Source of the DNA: Bispira polyomma
Taxonomy: Eukaryota
DNA: 64,000 nucleotides
Assembly: GCA_965649765.1 (NCBI GenBank)
Contig: OZ287751.1
Location: 63,612,001 to 63,676,000, forward strand
Direction of reading: 5' to 3'
Positions within the stretch are counted from its first letter, which is position 1; every line of letters starts with the position of its first letter. The notes under the pieces are model-generated. The model saw nothing but the letters and a program-made list of their open reading frames with translations, was not told the origin of the DNA and did not search any database. This document shows, piece by piece, positions 59,784 through 64,000 of this stretch. A program made the position numbers and the translations under genes.

Positions 59784-60079
59784 TAAACATATAATATATA
59801 ATGGAATAGAAAATAATCAGCTTTACTGTATATTTAAATTAATGTATATACTGGATGGTACAGTAGCCAAAATTGTGTGAAGAAGTGAACTCTAATTTAG
59901 GTAAGATAGCCTATGATTCAAGTTTCAGTGGTGTGACCTATTAAGGTCGTGGTAGGTTGAGTGTGTTAAACCAGATGTTGTTTGGGATATATTTATTGCT
60001 ATCTACTGTCTCTATTTACAACTATACAAGTACAATCTAAAGGTAAAATTTAAAAAAATGCCAAAGCCAAATTAGAAAG

Positions 60080-60590
60080 TAGACAATAGAGGCAAAGGTA
60101 GAAGGGATAATGGAAGCTGCATGTGATGTAGCTTAAAGGTAGGACCAAACAGCATCGTATTTCCAACAGCCATGTGTTTGTATGTCTTAAAGTTTTACAT
60201 TTGAATTGAATGCCAGTGAAGCCCCAGAATGTCTGAAGCAGTGAAATGAATGACCTTCACCTGGGATGTCAAGGTCTGTAAGAATGTTCTTTAATGTGGA
60301 CCTGAGTCCAGTATCTGGGAGGCACTTGCTCTTGTCAGAAGGATTTGCTGGTAATGGGTTCATTGGGTCCAAAGGGTATTTATGAAATAATACTGTAGCT
60401 GCTCTGACAGGGCATAGCCAAGGGTTTGTTAATTTTGGTAATTGAATAATGTCTGGATTGGACCTACTCTGGTTGGTTTTAGTCCATTTCAAAATGAGGT
60501 GAATACCTGGGTGGGCAAACAACATGTCTGCTCTAGTGAGCGGTTGTTGGGTCAAAGGGTGAGCCTGAGGTTGCGGTGAGGTTGGACAAC
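60080..60590 (-). pseudogene. Tyrosine recombinase remnant
   Basis: LSNLTATSGSPFDP/(frameshift)LTRAD...KWTKTNQ...LCPVRA...HSFHCFRHSGASLAF..VKL*DIQTHGCWKYDAVWSYL*; HxxR, H/W and Y catalytic motifs present, interrupted by stops. Confidence 0.85.
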
Positions 60591-62285
60591 TGTCACTGAG
60601 ATACATATCGAATAATTGAGAGTCACATTGTAAGACATTACAGTCACTGTCAACTTCATCATTGTCTATGATGTCTGGATAAACAATAGGTTTTGAACTA
60701 ACACTATTTGCTGTAACACTGCAAAAGTGTGATTCGTTATAGTCTGGTATTACCTGTGACGCACTAGCCTTGCTGTCTACAGGTAAATGTTCAATATGAC
60801 TACCCCTAGAATTCAGATTAGAAGTGGAAGTGAAATTATGGTTCTCATAATTGTCTACCTTATCAATTTGTTTATACTGAAAATTAAACTCAAAGTTTCT
60901 CTGACTCATGCAGTTCACGTCAAGTACACTGTGGTCACAACTGCTGGTGGTGGTGACTGCCGGCAGTCCGTGGTCCTATTGCTTTGTGCTGGTTGTTGGA
61001 TTTGGTTGTCCATGGAGTTTATAACATTTGGTTTCCGGGTGAGGGTTGGATTTCTTATACAGCCGGAAACAATTGGCACAAATATGTTTAAAAAGAACGT
61101 TTGACCCCTCATGATCTCCTTGGTGTTGACACTGTCTCTTTTGATAATGCCTACAAGGGATTTCCTGCTTGGTTTTCACGGAAGGGGCAGTGTTTAAAGT
61201 GGTGTTGTTGGAGACAATGGCCTGAGAATCTGAGAGTCTGTTTAGCATCCACTTTGTTTTATTAAGCCAGCTAAGGCGACCCTCCTTGACGTTGTGCATG
61301 TTGCGTAGGCCCTTCGGGCGATTTGCCAGGATATATTCGAGGCGTCTTTAAGAGTATCGGTCAGTTGAGTGAGCATGGCTCGCAAAATTGTCAGGTTCTT
61401 GACTTCCAGAATGAATGTTTTGTATCTGGCCGGCACAAATTGAGGAACAGACAGGTAATCAAACGACACACGCTTTTTGTTAATACCAGACAGGCAAGCC
61501 TCATTAGGCCATCGTTTCATAGGATCAGTAACACAAACGTTGGATACATTGTAACCACCTGAATTTTTCTTCGTGGCTAGCTTACCTTGAAAAGTTTCGT
61601 CCGCAGCCCAGGCCTCACAATGGGCTAAGCGCAAAGATATCTCGTTCTGGATCAGAGATGACTTTTTAAGGACGTCTGGTGTGGGTAAAATCGCGTCTTT
61701 GTGTTGTCATGTCTGTAGTTGTCTAAGTTGGCGGCTGCCTGAGCTTGAGAGTAAGCTGGGCCTGCTGGGTGAGGCTGATAGTTGGTGTGAGGCGGATAGA
61801 CGCTCTGAAAGAGATCTCTGTGAGCATCATAGCCCGGTAAATTGTGTGACACGTGAAGTGCAATCTGCCTGTACATGGGATCTTGAGGGATCTGTATGTT
61901 GTTACCTGTGGAGCACTGACGGTAGGTAACTGAGGAACAGGAGTGTTGGGTCGCTTAGCCTTGAGGTTTGAAATGTCCTCTTGGAGCTTTCAAACAGTGG
62001 TTAACAGCGTTTGCATCATGGCATGTTGTCTGGAGTGTATGTCCTGATAGAAACTTTTCAGAACTTACTTTCTCAGATATGCTACTCACAGTGTCACTGT
62101 CAAGGTTGTTATGTGTACCCAAATCAAGCTCGGGTGACAATTCATCAGCTGGTGACACAGTGATCCTGTTACATCTGGTCCCGACTGGGCGGGTATGAGA
62201 GATGTCGCATCTCGAGCACATAGCTGTATTAACAGAGAGTGGTGTCTTTTTACCTCTTTAGTTTATCAGCCGGAACACTTACCAT
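60080..62285 (-). mobile_element. Degenerate, internally deleted DIRS/Ngaro-type tyrosine-recombinase retrotransposon
   Basis: Frameshifted gag-like ORF with N-terminal CSRCDISHTRPVGTRC and C-terminal CRHYQKRQCQHQGDH...HICANC...PHPETKC fingers, followed by the YR C-terminal half; no RT or RNase H. Confidence 0.82.
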
Positions 62286-62799
62286 TACCAAAAAGATGGA
62301 CAAATGCTACCTATATTTTTTTAAAGCCAGATATGTACTGATTTGGGAAATGCATGATAGCATTGTATGTGTGGCAGCTTTTTTTGAAAATACCCTGAAA
62401 TTGTACATGTACCCCTGTGCCGGTATTTCGCCATTTTATGGACAACTTTTTTTCTAGGGTTTCACACATAATATTAATTTAATGGGTTATAACTATTTGT
62501 GTTTAGAAAATCATACATACCATTGGAAAGCTCATGGAATTATATTTCAGTTGATGTGTAATACATGTACTTAATACATAATCTCATTCTTTATACTTAA
62601 CAATATACATCTCAACTTGAGGAACCTAGGGGGAAAAAAATTACTTCTAATTTATAACAATTTTTCTCAATAATACATACAACATTTTTCACAAACTAGT
62701 TCAAATAATGATAATCATTAAATATAGAATTATTAATCATTAAAATACAAACCGTATCACTAACCTAAAGTTATGCATAAATCATGTTGCATTCATAAT

Positions 62800-63330
62800 T
62801 GTATTGTGGAATTTTAATGTGCCTTATTGATGTGAGGCATCTCTAAAGTGCAACAACAGAGTCAGTAAACCAATAGAGAAGTCCAAAAATATAGACAAGG
62901 TTGTAATTTGTAAGGAAAGATGTGGGGGTGTACAGGGAGGGAATTATGGGTGGTGGGCGAGTTTGAAAATATGGAAGAAAGGCGAGCAGCAAGGTATAAG
63001 GGCTGTCGATAAAAAAGTTCAAATACCAGCTTTAAAAGTGGTCACATGGACTTTAAAGAAAATTTGATAGTAAATAGGAAGCCAATGTAATTTTTTGAGG
63101 TACGATACACAGACAAAAGATGACTCGACACAGACAGTTTTGAATGAGCAGAAGGTCGTTACCACGAAGCATACACCAGGGAAGGGTAAAACTACGGAGG
63201 GGGTCTGAAAAGGTAGGTTTTGAGATGGCTTCTGATACCAGGGATTGTATCCTGTGATCTGACAGTCTGTGAGAGCTTGTTCCATTCAACTAGAGCAGCA
63301 ACAGCAAAGCCTTTTGTGGTTAAGGGGTCA
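62800..63330 (-). mobile_element. Two adjacent old L2-clade LINE 3' fragments
   Basis: GFAVAALVEWNKLSQTVRSQDTIPGIRSHLKTYLFRPPP (63330-63192), then LKKLHWLPIYYQIFFK plus a 3' UTR (63105-62800). Confidence 0.75.
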
Positions 63331-63921
63331 CTGGGTGCGTCCGATGCATTATGAGTAACCCTTATTTCCCATACAATGGTCAATTTATATCGCAATTATT
63401 CTAAATGTGCATCTGTTCAAAACACAGTACTTAACTATTTATTATTTAATCAGAACAGCTTACAAAATTCCAAATTAGAGATCTGAATGTTTAGAAATGC
63501 AAGAATATAAAAAAAAATCCACAAATTTTTAAAGCAGACATGTGCAGTACTGTCATTCATTTGAAACTGCCAAAAAATCGATAGCTGAAGAGTGTGGCTT
63601 GAAGATGTCCACTTATAATTGTCCCCAAGGTTCTTCAGCCTACCACTGTGGCAGAAGCCAATTACAGTTGGCTGCCATTTTAAGTGATCATCTGAGCCAA
63701 TATCAGGTCGTCACATGATACCGGGATTGAAACCAGGTCCTCTGTGTTCCTAAGTGTGTATTAAATAAATACAGAATGCCATCGTTTGAACGAGATAAGA
63801 AAATACTTTTCTGTACTTCAGATAATACGTGTTAGTGTTAGTGCGGGTGCTTTATGATCAATAAGCAAGTGATATTTTACTAAAATTACATACTTCATTG
63901 TATAATCTTTTGATTTATGCA

Positions 63922-64000
63922 GGGGGCTGCGGTGGCCTAGTGGTTAGCAAGCATTGCACTTCACAATTACTGGTCTCTCACCTCTGCAATGGGCTGGCGT
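63922..64000 (+). mobile_element. tRNA-derived SINE head (cut by window end)
   Basis: GGGGGCTGCGGTGGCCTAGTGGTTAG A box; resembles the SINE at 11281-11413. Confidence 0.6.

Noticed and set aside
60187-60918. Phage integrase or novel 243-aa fusion protein
   Set aside because: It is a deletion chimera within a decayed eukaryotic YR retroelement; a stop precedes the catalytic Tyr and the box I Arg is lost.

Overview
This is AT-rich eukaryotic genomic DNA, probably from an invertebrate such as a mollusc (inferred from repeat types; not provable here). It is not a prokaryotic locus. The left three quarters hold the 5' half of one intron-rich minus-strand gene. I reconstructed 9 coding exons by hand (45568 down to 6765; 974 nt, about 324 aa; all introns GT-AG, phase 2). 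They encode a signal peptide, an LRRNT cap and about 12 leucine-rich repeats of an LRIG-family receptor (LRIG1/2/3, Lambik-like), and the gene continues past the left edge. Most of these exons are too short for the ORF track. The introns and upstream region are tiled with mobile DNA: a 1211-bp CAGGGG-ended element with 6-bp TSDs inserted inverted into a copy of itself (40699-43126); a young 5'-truncated L2-clade LINE with an open ~918-codon ORF2 next to an assembly gap; nested Mutator-like elements; hAT and Tc1/pogo-type MITEs; a Helentron-associated (HINE-like) element with two internal satellites; tRNA-derived SINEs; a palindrome-rich TGT...ACA element; an internally deleted DIRS/Ngaro-type tyrosine-recombinase retroelement; and a 1.4-kb 25-bp minisatellite. 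I found no CRISPR array, rRNA, true tRNA or convincingly new protein system. The best leads are the self-nested 6-bp-TSD element, an apparently extra LRR exon, TEs abutting splice donors, and a candidate 3-nt microexon.
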